Shown one piece after another: positions 32,645-44,753 of a DNA stretch of 56,275 nt. Origin of the DNA: Ascoidea asiatica JCM 7603 (taxonomy: Eukaryota > Fungi > Ascomycota). Under the pieces are notes generated by a model. The model was not told where the DNA came from. It saw only the letters and a list, made by a program, of their open reading frames with translations, and ran no database searches. Where the stretch lies: the NCBI GenBank assembly GCA_001600695.1, contig BCKQ01000002.1:304613-360887 (forward strand). The letters are read 5' to 3'. Numbering within the stretch: position 1 is the stretch's first letter; each line of letters starts with the position of its first letter. The position numbers were made by a program, and so were the translations under genes.

Positions 32645-34375
32645 TTATTCAGGATTTTCATGTAAAAAATTTAAATGATCAGTCATTATTGAACATTCTT
32701 GATCAATATCATGATCTTTAAAATATTTCAAATCTACACCTAATAATCTTTCTTCAACAGGAGAATCACCATTATAATTTTTACAAAGAGAAGAACATAA
32801 AATTTCCCACATTCTTGCTTCAAAATCATAACCAATTTGAGAAGTTGAACTCAGATACATTCTTCTATGAGAACCATCAGATCTTTGTAATTCTTCTTTT
32901 TGAATCATTAAATCTGGAATTAATTTTGGATAAGATAAATGCATGAATAAAATTTTTGGATCAATAATTTTATCTTTTGATTTTTCATCATCATATTTTA
33001 AATCATTTTTAAAATTTTGATAATCAATTAATGGATCATGTTGACCAAGAGCTTTTGCATGAAATGAATCATTTTCATGATAACCAATCCAAGCAAATTT
33101 TTTTTTAACTTGATAATAAGGTAAACCTAATACAAAAGCAGCAGCAATAAAAGTTTCTTTATCACCTTGACCTGCGGAACCTTGAGTAAATAAAGGATAA
33201 TAATAATCAGGACCAAAAATATTATAATATAAAGATAATAATAAAGTTTTTGAATGTTTTTTTTTATTAACTAATAACATTCCAGATTCAGAAGATGGAT
33301 TTGGTAAAGTATTCGCAAGATCATGAAGATTAACATCTTTAAAAATATTAATTTCATTTAAATTTTTCTTATTACCTCTTAAAATTTGTTTACCTAATTT
33401 TATACCAGCAATTTCATACCATTTTGGATTTGTTGTTCTTGCCCAACTATCAGGCCAAATAACTAAACCTGTAACATTAAAAGGTTCAGAATTAAATAAA
33501 TAATCAACATTATTTGTTGGAATATTATCAGCATCAATAAATAAAATATTTTCAAAATTTGAAATTAAAAATGCTAAATTTTTATATTGATAACCTTTAA
33601 TTTTAATTGAATTAAAAAAATTCATATCAACTTTTTTAAATAATAAAGAACATTTTGCATTAAATTTTGGTAAAATATTTTCACAAAAATTTAAATCATA
33701 ATCATCTTCATTTGCAATAAAAACTTCAATTGAAGTTATTGAATTTAAAATTCTTAATTGTTGAATACTTAATAAAGCTAACCAATTAAATTTTCCACCT
33801 CCAACATAAACAATACCATTTTTATTTAATTTATTATTTTTAATATCTTGATTTGAAATTTGATTATTTGAACCAAAAATTTTAAAATTTGAAGATTTTA
33901 CCATTTTTAAATAACCATTATGATTTTCTTTTAAATTAATTAATTGAAAATCATTAATTTGTAATAAATTTATAAGATAATCATAAGAGAATATAAAAGG
34001 ATCAGTATCAAATAATTCTTTTGCATGTTGATCATTTTTATAAATTTCCAAAGGTTTTGCACTTGGTTTAAAATATTTAATTTGATCAAAAATCCATTTA
34101 TAATCTTGTTGATTATTATTTAACTGAGTATTTAATTGATTATTATTTGATTGAGTATTTTGATTTATTATATTTATATCATTACTATTATTATTATCAT
34201 TTATATCATTCTTTCTCGCTATATTATTATTAATATTTTTTTGTATTGAAGATGAAAATGGAATTGAATTTAAAGAAGAATTTGAAGAAGTTAAGAAAAT
34301 AATGAAGAAAAGATAAAGAAATAAAATTAATAGTAATATTCTACAAAATTTATTTTTTATAAATCGTATCATCAT
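32645..34375 (-). CDS. Golgi alpha-1,2-mannosyltransferase, Mnn2/Mnn5 family (GT71)
   Basis: Type II N-terminal TM, GIVYVGGGKF, GYQYK.LA.L.S.FE.ILFIDADN, WPD.W.RTTNP, SESGMLLVNK, YYPLFTQG.AGQGDKETF. Confidence 0.92.
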   Translation of the reverse strand: MMIRFIKNKFCRILLLILFLYLFFIIFLTSSNSSLNSIPFSSSIQKNINNNIARKNDINDNNNSNDINIINQNTQSNNNQLNTQLNNNQQDYKWIFDQIKYFKPSAKPLEIYKNDQHAKELFDTDPFIFSYDYLINLLQINDFQLINLKENHNGYLKMVKSSNFKIFGSNNQISNQDIKNNKLNKNGIVYVGGGKFNWLALLSIQQLRILNSITSIEVFIANEDDYDLNFCENILPKFNAKCSLLFKKVDMNFFNSIKIKGYQYKNLAFLISNFENILFIDADNIPTNNVDYLFNSEPFNVTGLVIWPDSWARTTNPKWYEIAGIKLGKQILRGNKKNLNEINIFKDVNLHDLANTLPNPSSESGMLLVNKKKHSKTLLLSLYYNIFGPDYYYPLFTQGSAGQGDKETFIAAAFVLGLPYYQVKKKFAWIGYHENDSFHAKALGQHDPLIDYQNFKNDLKYDDEKSKDKIIDPKILFMHLSYPKLIPDLMIQKEELQRSDGSHRRMYLSSTSQIGYDFEARMWEILCSSLCKNYNGDSPVEERLLGVDLKYFKDHDIDQECSIMTDHLNFLHENPE

Positions 34376-34789
34376 AAGATGTATGTATTCTGAATATATT
34401 TTAAGATTATATACAGTATATTAATATTATTATTGTTTGAATTGGAAATATAGAAATAGAGATATAAAATAGAGATATAAAATAGAGATATAAATATAGA
34501 TAGAAATAGAATTTGGAATTGGAACTAAAATTAGAATCTGAATTTGGAATTAGAATCAAAATTAGAATTAGAACATGAACTAGAATTTGATAATGAGATT
34601 GAAATTGAGAATAGAAGATTCAAAGCTTTTAATAGAATTATTTTTTTATTTATTTTGAATAAATAAATTTAATTGTAATGGAGATTATAATGGAGATTGT
34701 AATTATTATATAAATGAAAATATAATTGAAATGAAGGTTGTTATTGTGATTGTAAATGGAGTTGCATTTGAAATGCTGAAAAGGTGAAT

Positions 34790-35040
34790 TTGCAGTGAGT
34801 TGTTTGAAGCAGTTGCCGGATAAATCTAAACCTGCCCTCTCGTTTGCAAACACTGAGGAGGAGGGTCTTTCTTTCAGCGCCAACCAGCCCGAAAGTGCAA
34901 CGTGGGGCTGCAACCGCGCGGTCTTGGAAAGGGAATGTGGCGCGTGAGCCAAGACTGGGGCACTCCTGTGCGGACAGCAAAGTGGCTATTTCGGGGTTGC
35001 GTTGGGTCTTCTCTTGTCCGGATCGAAGTGTCGGCGGTTA
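34790..35040. promoter_or_regulatory. GC-rich divergent promoter island (MNN2-like / SYF1)
   Basis: Sharp GC rise. CCGGAT at 34816 and 35018; URS1-like TCGGCGGTTA at 35031-35040. Confidence 0.6.
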
Positions 35041-35204
35041 AAAAAATAAAAAAACTACAGTAGAAATAAAATAGCGATATAATAGAAATACATGGAAAAT
35101 AATAAAAAGAAGGTCCATTGCAATCAAAAATCAGATATCACTTCAATTCAATTCATCGTATTCAATTCATCGTATTCAATTCAAGCCTGTTTTCTACCTG
35201 GATA

Positions 35205-38200
35205 ATGCTTCATCGGGGCCAAGTTACTCTCTATGATAATGACAGTGATAATCATCAGAACAAAGATATAACAGAGAATGGTTCTCATGATCAAGTTTAT
35301 CCTTTGCCTGGAAAAGATGATATTCCATATGAAATTGAAATAATTAAACAGCCAAATGATATATCAATTTGGTTCTCATATATCAAGCATAAACAGAATC
35401 AGCTAGATCTAATAAAAATTGATCTAAATACCAAAGCCAATGATAATACTAAAGATAATCTTACTCAATCATCAGTTCAATCAAATTACAATAATACTTT
35501 CTTACAATTATCTTTTATATTAAAAAGAGCCTGTGATATATTTAAAAGATCATATAAAATTTGGTCAATTTATTTAGATTTAAGAATTAATCTATTGAAT
35601 AATAATCTAAATATTTTAAAATTTAAAAAAAATTTAATTCAAATTAATAATCTTTTTATCAATGCTTTATCAAATTTAAATAAATTTCCATATATTTGGT
35701 ATAAATACTTAAATTTTTTAATAATGTATTTTTTCTATGACTTAAATTTAATTAATTTAACTTTTAATAATTCTTTAAAATCTTTACCTATTACTCAACA
35801 TCATATAATTTGGGATTTATATAATAATACTTTTTTAAATAAATTGAATGATTTAAATTATCCCAATAATTATAATTTAAATTTGAAATCCTTAACAAAT
35901 CAAGATAACAATCAAGATGACAACCAAAGTGACAAACAAGATGATCAAGATGATGATGAAACAGATGATGAAAATAATTCTGATTTAGATTTTCAATTTC
36001 AATCAATAACTCAAAAAAAAACTTCATTAATAATTTCAAATATATTATTTCGATATTCTCAATTTAATCCTCAAAAAATTGAATTAATTATAAATATTAT
36101 TTTAAAATTAAAAAATTACAATCTAGCTTTAAAACTTTTCAATCTTCATATTCTAAATAATAATAACAATAATATAAACTCTAGTTTTGTTTCTTCTTTA
36201 GGAAAATCTCATCTAGATTTATATCTACAATATGCTGATATTCTAATCAACTTAGATAATTCAGATAATTCAGATAACTCAGATAACTCAGATAACTCAG
36301 ATAACTCAGATAAACTAAATTTAAAGTTAGATTCAAAAATTGAATTATTTTTATTAAATTTAATTAAAAAATTTCCTGATCAATTATCTTTGATAGTTCT
36401 TAAACTTTCCAACTTTTATCTAAAAAAGAAAAATTATTTTAAAGTTAATGATATTTTTAATAATAATATTAAAATTTGTTTAACAATAAAAGATTTCAAT
36501 TTAATTTATAATTCTTTTTTACAATTTAAAGAAAATTATTTAAAAATTTTAATAAAGTCTTTAAATCAAAAAGAAAATAAATTAAATAAATTAAATAAAA
36601 TAAAATCTTCAGATTTGAATAATTTAAAAATTGAAATTAAAAAAATCAATATAAATATTGATTTAAATATGAATCAATTTGAATATTTAATTGAAAATAG
36701 AAAATTATTTATTTTTGATATATTATTAAAACAAGATAAAAATAACTGTTTAATATGGTTAAAAAAAATAAATTTCTTCAAAAAAAAAGATCCAGATGAT
36801 TTAAATTCAATTTTAAATATTTATGTTCAAGCTTTAACTCAAATTGATACAAATAAAGCTCATACAACAAAAATTTTCGATGATGATGATGATGATGATG
36901 AAAATGATGAAAATGATAATGATAAAGATTATGAAAATGATGATGAAAATCTTCAAGAAAATCTTGAGGAAAATCCTTTAAAAAAAATTCAAAAAATTCA
37001 AAATTCAAAAAAATCATTCACTTCAGGCTTACAAAATCTTTGGATTGATTACGCTAATATTTATGAAAGTAATAAAGATTATGAAACGGCTCGTACTATT
37101 TATAATAGTGCAATTAAAGTACCTTTCATAATTCCAGAAGATTTAGTTCAAATTTATATTTCATGGGCAGAAATGGAATTAAATATTGATGGTGAAACTG
37201 AAGAAGAATTAAATAAACATTTTGAAATTGCAATAAAAATTATTGAAAGTTCTTTAGAAAAACCTGATTTCAATTCAATTGGAAAAAATTATTCTGATAT
37301 ACAATTAAATCCAAATAAAAATTCGGCTCAATTAAAAATTTTCAAATCTTTAAAATTATGGTCTTTTTATATTGATTTGGTTGAATCTTCAAATGATTTT
37401 ATTAAAACTTGTAAAGTTTATGAAGAGATTTTAAATTTAAAAATTTTAACTCCAGTTATCTTAATGAATTATATTAATTTTCTTTGGGAAAATAATTATT
37501 ATGAAAAAAGTTTCAAAATATTTGAAATTGGTTTAACGAAATTTAATTTTTTCCCTATTAAATTTGAGATATATAATGTTTATCTTGGTAAAATCTTAAA
37601 AAGATTTCAAGAACTTAATATCTCAAAAGACACAACTAATTTTATATCAATTGAAAGAATAAGAGATTTATTTGAACAAGCTATTGATGATTGTCCCGGT
37701 GATTTAGTTAAACCAATCTATCTTTTATATTCTGATTTTGAAGAAAAAAATGGCCTTTTTTCAAAATCTACAACAATTTTAAACTCTGGTATCAAAAGAT
37801 TATATTCTTGGATTAATAATACTGAAATAGAAAAAGATTCTAAGAATGATGAAAAAATTTTTAAAGATATTTGTGATATACATAAAATAATTATTCAAAA
37901 AACGATACAAAAAAGAGGATTATCATCGGCTAGAGATTTATATAAAAATATCATTAATAATGAAGAATTGCCAAATAAATTTATTTTGAAATTTTTACTT
38001 GAATTTAAAAATCTTGAAATCAAAATGAAAGATTATAATAGAGCAAGAGAAATTTTCAAATATGGTGCTGATATATTAGTAGCTCCATCACCATTAAAGG
38101 AAAGTTTAGAAAGATTTGAAAATTTTTGGAAAGAGTGGGAAGAATTTGAATTGAAATATGGTGATGAAATAAGTTTCAAAGAAATTTTAAAATTAAAAAG

Positions 38201-38303
38201 AACAATAAATATAAAATTAGGATTATCTATAAATCCGGCTACTAGATTCCAAGAAGAAATGAATGAACTTATTATAAGTGATAACAAAAATTCGTTAATA
38301 TGA
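35205..38303 (+). CDS. SYF1: Pre-mRNA splicing factor, NTC HAT-repeat protein
   Basis: DDIPYE.EI...P, RSYKIW..YL, SLPITQHHIIW, KSLKLWSFYIDLVES, SFKIFE.G, IERIRDLFEQA, FW.EW..FELKYG.E..FKE.L. Many low-complexity insertions. First ATG is at 35205. Confidence 0.92.
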   Translation: MLHRGQVTLYDNDSDNHQNKDITENGSHDQVYPLPGKDDIPYEIEIIKQPNDISIWFSYIKHKQNQLDLIKIDLNTKANDNTKDNLTQSSVQSNYNNTFLQLSFILKRACDIFKRSYKIWSIYLDLRINLLNNNLNILKFKKNLIQINNLFINALSNLNKFPYIWYKYLNFLIMYFFYDLNLINLTFNNSLKSLPITQHHIIWDLYNNTFLNKLNDLNYPNNYNLNLKSLTNQDNNQDDNQSDKQDDQDDDETDDENNSDLDFQFQSITQKKTSLIISNILFRYSQFNPQKIELIINIILKLKNYNLALKLFNLHILNNNNNNINSSFVSSLGKSHLDLYLQYADILINLDNSDNSDNSDNSDNSDNSDKLNLKLDSKIELFLLNLIKKFPDQLSLIVLKLSNFYLKKKNYFKVNDIFNNNIKICLTIKDFNLIYNSFLQFKENYLKILIKSLNQKENKLNKLNKIKSSDLNNLKIEIKKININIDLNMNQFEYLIENRKLFIFDILLKQDKNNCLIWLKKINFFKKKDPDDLNSILNIYVQALTQIDTNKAHTTKIFDDDDDDDENDENDNDKDYENDDENLQENLEENPLKKIQKIQNSKKSFTSGLQNLWIDYANIYESNKDYETARTIYNSAIKVPFIIPEDLVQIYISWAEMELNIDGETEEELNKHFEIAIKIIESSLEKPDFNSIGKNYSDIQLNPNKNSAQLKIFKSLKLWSFYIDLVESSNDFIKTCKVYEEILNLKILTPVILMNYINFLWENNYYEKSFKIFEIGLTKFNFFPIKFEIYNVYLGKILKRFQELNISKDTTNFISIERIRDLFEQAIDDCPGDLVKPIYLLYSDFEEKNGLFSKSTTILNSGIKRLYSWINNTEIEKDSKNDEKIFKDICDIHKIIIQKTIQKRGLSSARDLYKNIINNEELPNKFILKFLLEFKNLEIKMKDYNRAREIFKYGADILVAPSPLKESLERFENFWKEWEEFELKYGDEISFKEILKLKRTINIKLGLSINPATRFQEEMNELIISDNKNSLI
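36255..36308 (+). repeat. In-frame 9-bp tandem repeat GATAA(T/C)TCA x6 (DNS x6) within SYF1
   Basis: Directly visible. Confidence 0.9.
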
Positions 38304-38455
38304 AAATTATAATTAAAAAAAAAAAAAAATTCAACAGCTTGTACATTAATCAATCATATATAGTTTTATATTATAAAATGCAGTTATAGGGAAAAAAATG
38401 ATATGAGAATATAAACAAAACAGAAATTTAAAATATTTTATTAATTAGATTTTTA

Positions 38456-40159
38456 TTATGATTGTGATTGTAAAGGAAGATCATTTTTTTCAACCCAATC
38501 TTTTGAACTCATTTGATGTAAACGACTTAAAGCTCTTGCAAATGCAAATCTTTCTTCATCTACTGCAAAAAAAGTTGCTTTTTTAGCAATTTTTTTATCA
38601 AAACCATGTTTTTTAACTAAAATATCATTTTCGAGAGCATCTTCATCAATTGTATGATAATGAGAGGTTCCATCATCAGATTGAACTTGTTTTAATTGAA
38701 ACCCATGAGTATTTAAATCAACTAATTCAGGTTCAACGAATAAATCATCAAATGGGGCAACAGCAGTAACAGCAATTCTACCATTATTATCATATACAGC
38801 ATCTAAGAAAGTAATGAATCTTCTAACTTCATCTCTAACATCAACAGATAAATAAGGAATATCAGTTATTATAAAAGAAGTAAAATTTTGAGCTAAAGTT
38901 AAATAATCACCTGCAGATAAAGGTTTTTCACAAAGTTCTTTAAAAGTAAATTGTGCAACATTTGGAGGGCAAGATTTTGGTACAGTTAAAACTCTACCCC
39001 AAATTGTTAAATCAATATTTTTTTCAATTTTATGACCTTGACTAAAATAATCAAACCAAGTATTTATATGTTGTTGAGCTTGAGCTTTTGCAGATTTTGA
39101 AGTGAATGAAACACCAGGTTTTGGATACCAATAAACATTTGAAATAGGTTTTGGAATTTTTCTATAATCAGTTGGAGAATTTAAATAAACAACAGCAGTT
39201 CTATTTTTAATTAATTTTATACATGGAATAAAACTTTGTCTTTGAATACCATTTAAATATAAATCATCCGGAGCTCTATTTGAAGTAGCAAATAAAACTA
39301 AACCATGATCAGGTCTTAAAGTTCTTAATAAAACTCTTCTTAATAACATCGCATCAGCAACATCAGTTACTTGAAATTCATCAAAACATAAAATTGAAGC
39401 AGATTGAGCAATTTCTGCAGCTAAAATTGGAATAGTATCAATATCATTTGAACCATGTTTAATAATTAATTGATGAGATCTTTTATGTAAATTTTGCATA
39501 AATTGATGAAAATGAATTCTTCTTTTATGTAAATGAGATGGAATTGTTGAATAGAATAAATCCATTAACATTGTTTTTCCACAACCTACATCCCCATAAA
39601 GATATATGCCTTTTGGTATATTCAAATAATCATTATCATTATAAACTATATTGTAATTATTATTATTATTATCATTTCTACTATTAAGTTTTGATTTTAA
39701 AATATTCATTGCATTTGAAAACATTGAAAACATATGTTTTGAAGTGCTATTTTTATTATTATCAAAATGATTTAAAATTGGAATATTAACTTTTGGAGGA
39801 TAATAATTTTGTAATTGAGAATGTAAAACATTTAAATTTGAAATAATTTGTCTTTGATAAGAATCATTTCTTAATTTACCAGTTTTAACTAGATTATCAT
39901 ATTCTGATAAAGGATCATTATTTTTAAAATTAATATTATTTCCATTTTTATTCTTATTTTTATTCTTAATTGTTATATTATTTGATAAATCTTTTATGAA
40001 ATCAGAAACTGGATGATCATTTGGTAAAACTTTTTGATTTAAAGTTAAATTTAAATTTTGCTTTGAAATTGAAAAATTTCTTAAAAAAGTCTTTTCATTA
40101 ATGAAAATTGAATAATTTTTAAAATTCAAAGAATATATGCGATTTTGTAAAAATATCAT
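38456..40159 (-). CDS. AFG1: Mitochondrial AFG1/LACE1/ZapE-family ATPase
   Basis: Presequence-like N-terminus, Walker A GDVGCGKT, RIHFHQFM, Walker B CFDEFQVTDVADAM, TSNRAPDDLY.NGIQR, RRFITFLDAVYD, EERFAF.RALSRL. Confidence 0.95.
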   Translation of the reverse strand: MIFLQNRIYSLNFKNYSIFINEKTFLRNFSISKQNLNLTLNQKVLPNDHPVSDFIKDLSNNITIKNKNKNKNGNNINFKNNDPLSEYDNLVKTGKLRNDSYQRQIISNLNVLHSQLQNYYPPKVNIPILNHFDNNKNSTSKHMFSMFSNAMNILKSKLNSRNDNNNNNYNIVYNDNDYLNIPKGIYLYGDVGCGKTMLMDLFYSTIPSHLHKRRIHFHQFMQNLHKRSHQLIIKHGSNDIDTIPILAAEIAQSASILCFDEFQVTDVADAMLLRRVLLRTLRPDHGLVLFATSNRAPDDLYLNGIQRQSFIPCIKLIKNRTAVVYLNSPTDYRKIPKPISNVYWYPKPGVSFTSKSAKAQAQQHINTWFDYFSQGHKIEKNIDLTIWGRVLTVPKSCPPNVAQFTFKELCEKPLSAGDYLTLAQNFTSFIITDIPYLSVDVRDEVRRFITFLDAVYDNNGRIAVTAVAPFDDLFVEPELVDLNTHGFQLKQVQSDDGTSHYHTIDEDALENDILVKKHGFDKKIAKKATFFAVDEERFAFARALSRLHQMSSKDWVEKNDLPLQSQS

Positions 40160-40519
40160 TTAGAGACATTTAAATTTAACATAATTTTCTTTTTCTTTTA
40201 ATTTGAAATTGTTTTTTTTTCTAGTTTTATTGTTGGTTAACCAAGTAGTTTTACTTGAATATATGATCAAAAATACTTGTTTATATACATTGAATTAGTT
40301 TGAATGAACTTAATATACAATATAATTTATAAAAAATTTTCCACTAAAATCAACAAATTTAATGAACTTCTTATTTTTTATTATTAGAAATGATCTTCTT
40401 TTAATATTTGATGTTTTTATTATTTATTATTATAATCTTATTTTTTATTTTATATTATATTTTATTATGATAATTTAGTATTGTGTATGATTTTGAAAAT
40501 AGAAAAAGGTTAAAAAGAA

Positions 40520-41410
40520 ACACAGGCGAGTATTAACGCTTTCTAATAGATAAACCATGAATTTTCAAATAGCGTTACGGTACTCTTCCATTTAAGATGA
40601 AATTGTCAGTGGATTAAAATCAAAGAGCACTAAAAACAGGCAGGGAAGTTGGACTAAAACTGAAGCAGACCTCGATTAACGCCGCGAAAGCTATTTGGCG
40701 AACTCACATAGCGCCGGCGAGGCCCACTCGCGGGGGAAAGAGAGATTTTGCGCACCCGCACTCGCCATGTCCCGCTCTCTTGAAAACACACTTTTTAAAA
40801 CACAGTCTCTATTGGACAAACCGGAAGGACCCTTTGGTGTTTTCACTTCAGTGCGGGAAACTTTGAAACAAGTTTCCCGTAAAGTTAACCACTACTGACT
40901 TAGCGACATGGTACCCACTAGTCCCGCGCGCAAGTTGAAGTGAACCCCCTCTCTCTAACTCCGATTAGAGCCCTAAAATCAAATGCCCGAAAGCCATAAT
41001 AGTCAACTAATAATATGCATCAATTTTTAGCTACTTGCATATTTAAACATAAAAAAAAAGCATATCTTTGGATATTAAACCGGAAATAGTGACTTCCGAC
41101 TGTACACAATTAGTAAAGTTTTAAGCCAAAGAGAATTGCGCAGAATATGTGGCTTTGCTTTTGTGTGGGATCGTGCTTAAGGTGGCTTGATACTAGTGGC
41201 TTGTGGTTGTCACGACGGGAGATTCCACTGGTCTGTTTTCTGCTGAGTTTCTTGCTCGTTTCTTGGTCGTTGCTTGCACAAACAATCCCTGGAGTTGTTC
41301 CGTTACGCAAGGGCTGGGAGGTTAAAACGTGGAATGCCAAATTCAGAACAATTTAAGGTGTTGCAAATTTGTAATTTAACAACGCTAAACCCTCTGCCGT
41401 AGTTAAATAA
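40520..41410. promoter_or_regulatory. Large GC-rich divergent promoter island (AFG1 / MNN1-like)
   Basis: SCB-type CGCGAAA at 40683-40689, CCGGAA at 40821 and 41080, perfect 10-bp inverted repeat at 40854-40879, TGTCACG at about 41208. Confidence 0.65.
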
Positions 41411-41828
41411 TCATCTTCAATATTCAGCAGTGTACTCAAATTGGTGTCAATACTGATGATTCCCGTAGTATTATTTCTTTATTATTATTATTATTATTGA
41501 TACGTAACGCTAAGATAAGTTTTCAATAATTTTAAAATTTCATACAATAACACCAATAAAATAACAATAAATAATAATAAATTAATAAAACTATTAGACT
41601 ATTAGATAGTTGAATAGTTAAAATAACTAAAAACTATCAATCTTTCAATTCATATTCTTCGCTCTTCATTCTTTATCATTTATTGATTAAATATTTCCTA
41701 ATTTTCCTACCTTTTCTACCTTTTGATACTGTTAGTTTTTATTTTTTTTTTTGCTCAATCATCTTCATAGAAAAGTTCCTTTTTAATCAATTTTATTTAA
41801 ATTTTTTTCTTCTAAAATAATCATAATT

Positions 41829-44753
41829 ATGGCAGTATCAAGATTATTGGTACGAATATTTAGAAGACCTATAGTGCTATTATCCTTAGGTTTAATTTTC
41901 ATACTTTATCAATTAAATGTTTTAAGTAATTCACATAAAAATAATTCATATAATCAATTAACTATAAATAAAAATAAAATTAAAAATAAAAGTTCAAATT
42001 CAAACAGCAATGGTTTAGATTTTGATATAATTGATGAAAATAATAATAATTTAAATATATCATCTACAGATAATGATAATAATGATAAATGGAAAATAAT
42101 ATCCGATAATTGGAATTATCTAAAAGATTTAGCTACTCAAAATTCAAATTCAAACTCAAACTCAAATTCAAATTACAATAGTAATGATAAATATATAGAA
42201 TTAACTGAAGAAGAAATAGAAATTCAAAATGATATTTTCTTTTCTTCTATAGAAACTTTATTAAATAATACAAGTTTACAAAAATCAACTGGTTATAAAA
42301 TTTTTATTAATAAATTATTAGATCAAAATAATAATAATCCAATTTCAGAAAAAATTATTTATAATAATTTATCAAAAAATGAAAAATGTAATTTATATTT
42401 TAAATATTTATATGAAAATCCATTTGATTTAATTAAACCTGAAAATGATCAACAACAAGAAGAATTTTCAAATTTTTTACCAAATTCAATTGATATAATT
42501 AAAAATATTGAATCAAATTTAAATAATTATAATTTTGCTTTATTTGATAAAGATTATTATATAAATTTTAGATCTGATGAATATAAAGATTCAAAAATTC
42601 AAACTTTAAGAAATGATCAAAAATTAAATATTAAAAAAAAATTATCTAAAGAATTAAATAAAAATGAAGATGAATTATCTGATGAACAAATTAATAATGA
42701 ATTTGAAAATTTTATTAAAACTATTGATTTAGAAAAAGAAAAAAAAAATATTTTAATTCCAGATTCAAGTATAATAAAATTTAAAAAAGATTTTGAAAAT
42801 GAATTTAAAAATTTAATAAATATTGAACAAGCTATAAACATTATATGAGATGATTAATAGCTATATATGAAGTTCTCTCAATAAAATTTAATAAATATTG
42901 AACAAAAAATGATTGATTCTTTAACAGATTTAAGAGTTTTTGGTAGTTGTTATTTTAAAGAAAATTATATATTCAATAAAACTAATGATTTTTCTTCAAC
43001 TGTTGATAAATCAAGATCTAAAACAATTAATCTTAATAAAGATAAATCTCCATCTGAATCAAATTTATCAAAAACTGAAACTGAATCAGAAATTAAAACT
43101 GAGAATTCAAATTCTAATTCTAATTCTATACTTTATGAAGGTTCTTATCTTTTTAATTCATTTTTTAATAAAAAAAATGAAATAAATAATCTTGAAGAAA
43201 ATGATGATAGTGATAAAAATTTTGATCTGTTTATTGAAAGTAATCAAAATTTATATCTTTGTAATGATATTGAATTAAAATTATTACCTTGGCTTTCAAA
43301 AGAATTACCATTTTTTGAAAGATGGGATGGTAGAAAAGTTGTTGGAACTCCAAATATGGAAATGTTTTTGGAATCAAATAAAAATAAAGAAAATAAAGAA
43401 AATAAAAAAACTAATAAATTTGATAAAAGAAAAGGTTTTTTCTTTGATAATGATAGTTGTTCAATAAATGCATTTAGAAAATCTTTAAATGGTAAAGGTA
43501 TTGTTGTTTCAGCTTCAGATAATTATATTGAAGATATAATTGGTTTATTAAAAGTTTTAAGAGCTTTAGGTAATACATTACCAATTGAATTTGTTCATGT
43601 TGGAGATTTATCAAATGAAAATCGAAAAAAAATTGTTGATATTGGTAGAAATTTAAAAATTAAACCAAATTATGAATTAATTAAAAATGTTATAGAATTT
43701 GTTGATGATGAATATCCAAAACAAGAAATTTGGTTTGTTAATGTTAGAAGATGTATAACTGGAGATTATTTAAAATATTTTGATGGATATGCAAATAAAT
43801 TATTAGCAGTTTTATTTAATTCATTTGAAGAAATGATGTTAATTGATACAGATACTATACCAATGATACCAACAGAATCTTTTTTTATATTAAGAAAATA
43901 TGTTGAAACTGGAGCATTATTTTTTAAAGATAGAGATTTATCAGGAGATGGTATGTCAAATCATGATGTTAAATATTTTAAAAAATTTTTACCAAATGAA
44001 ATTGATGAAATTTTATTTGATATACCAAAAAGTAGTGATTTTACTTTAAAAAATCGAATTTTAGGTGATCATTTTAAACATTTAATGGAAGCAGGATTAG
44101 TTTTAATGAATAAAAGTACACATTTTACAGGAATTTTAATTGGAATTCAATTAAATTTTTGGAAAAGTACAACACAAAGAATTTGGGGTGATAAAGAATT
44201 ATTTTGGTTAGGACAATCAATTGCAGGTAATGAAAATTATTATTTTAATAAAAATTTTGCATCATCAATTGGAGAATTAACATCAATTAATCAAAGACCA
44301 AAAAATACAATCGCTCATGAAGTTTGTTCAACACATCCTGGACATATTTGGGATGAAGATAATAAAACATTATTATGGATAAATTCTGGATTTGAAAATT
44401 GTAAAAAACATAGTTGGGATGGAGATATTGAATCATATAGATATAAAAATAGATTTGAAGGAAATGTTGAAAGATTAAAAGAATATTATATGGCCCCAAT
44501 GAAAATAGATTCAGCAATTATACCACCATCAGCAGATTATATATTAAGTAATGAAGTTGAAGAACCTGCAACCGGATGGTTTAAAAGTGATGAATGTGCA
44601 ATGTATTTATGGTGTGCATATGATATTGTTGGAGGTAGTAAAAAAGTTGAACATCAGGGTATATTTATTCAATATGATAATATTACACAAAATTGGTTTC
44701 AATATTTAGGTGGATTATGGTCAGATAGATCGGAATTTTCTGAAGAAGGATAA
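41829..44753 (+). pseudogene. Mnn1/Mnt-family alpha-1,3-mannosyltransferase (GT71), interrupted by a short insertion
   Basis: The 5' part has a type II TM and an LS.NEKC.LYF stem motif. The 3' part has LRVFG.C, GKGIVVSA, LRALGNTLPIE, GYANKLLA..FNSFEEM.LIDTD, WGDKELFW and YLWCAY. Both parts are in the same frame, and deleting 75 nt rejoins them into about 949 aa. Confidence 0.75.
42808..42905. repeat. 23-bp perfect direct repeat AAAATTTAATAAATATTGAACAA (42808-42830, 42883-42905) flanking a 52-bp insert
   Basis: Directly visible. Confidence 0.92.

Noticed and set aside
42831-42905. MNN1-like interruption as a GC-AG intron or stop-codon readthrough
   Set aside because: No AG at the required position and no branch site. 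A 30-nt GC..AG excision still leaves a TAA, and there are four stops of three types.
430-44753. Mannosyltransferase gene cluster (SUR1-like, MNN2-like, MNN1-like)
   Set aside because: The genes are separated by unrelated housekeeping genes and belong to large families; there is no evidence of co-regulation.
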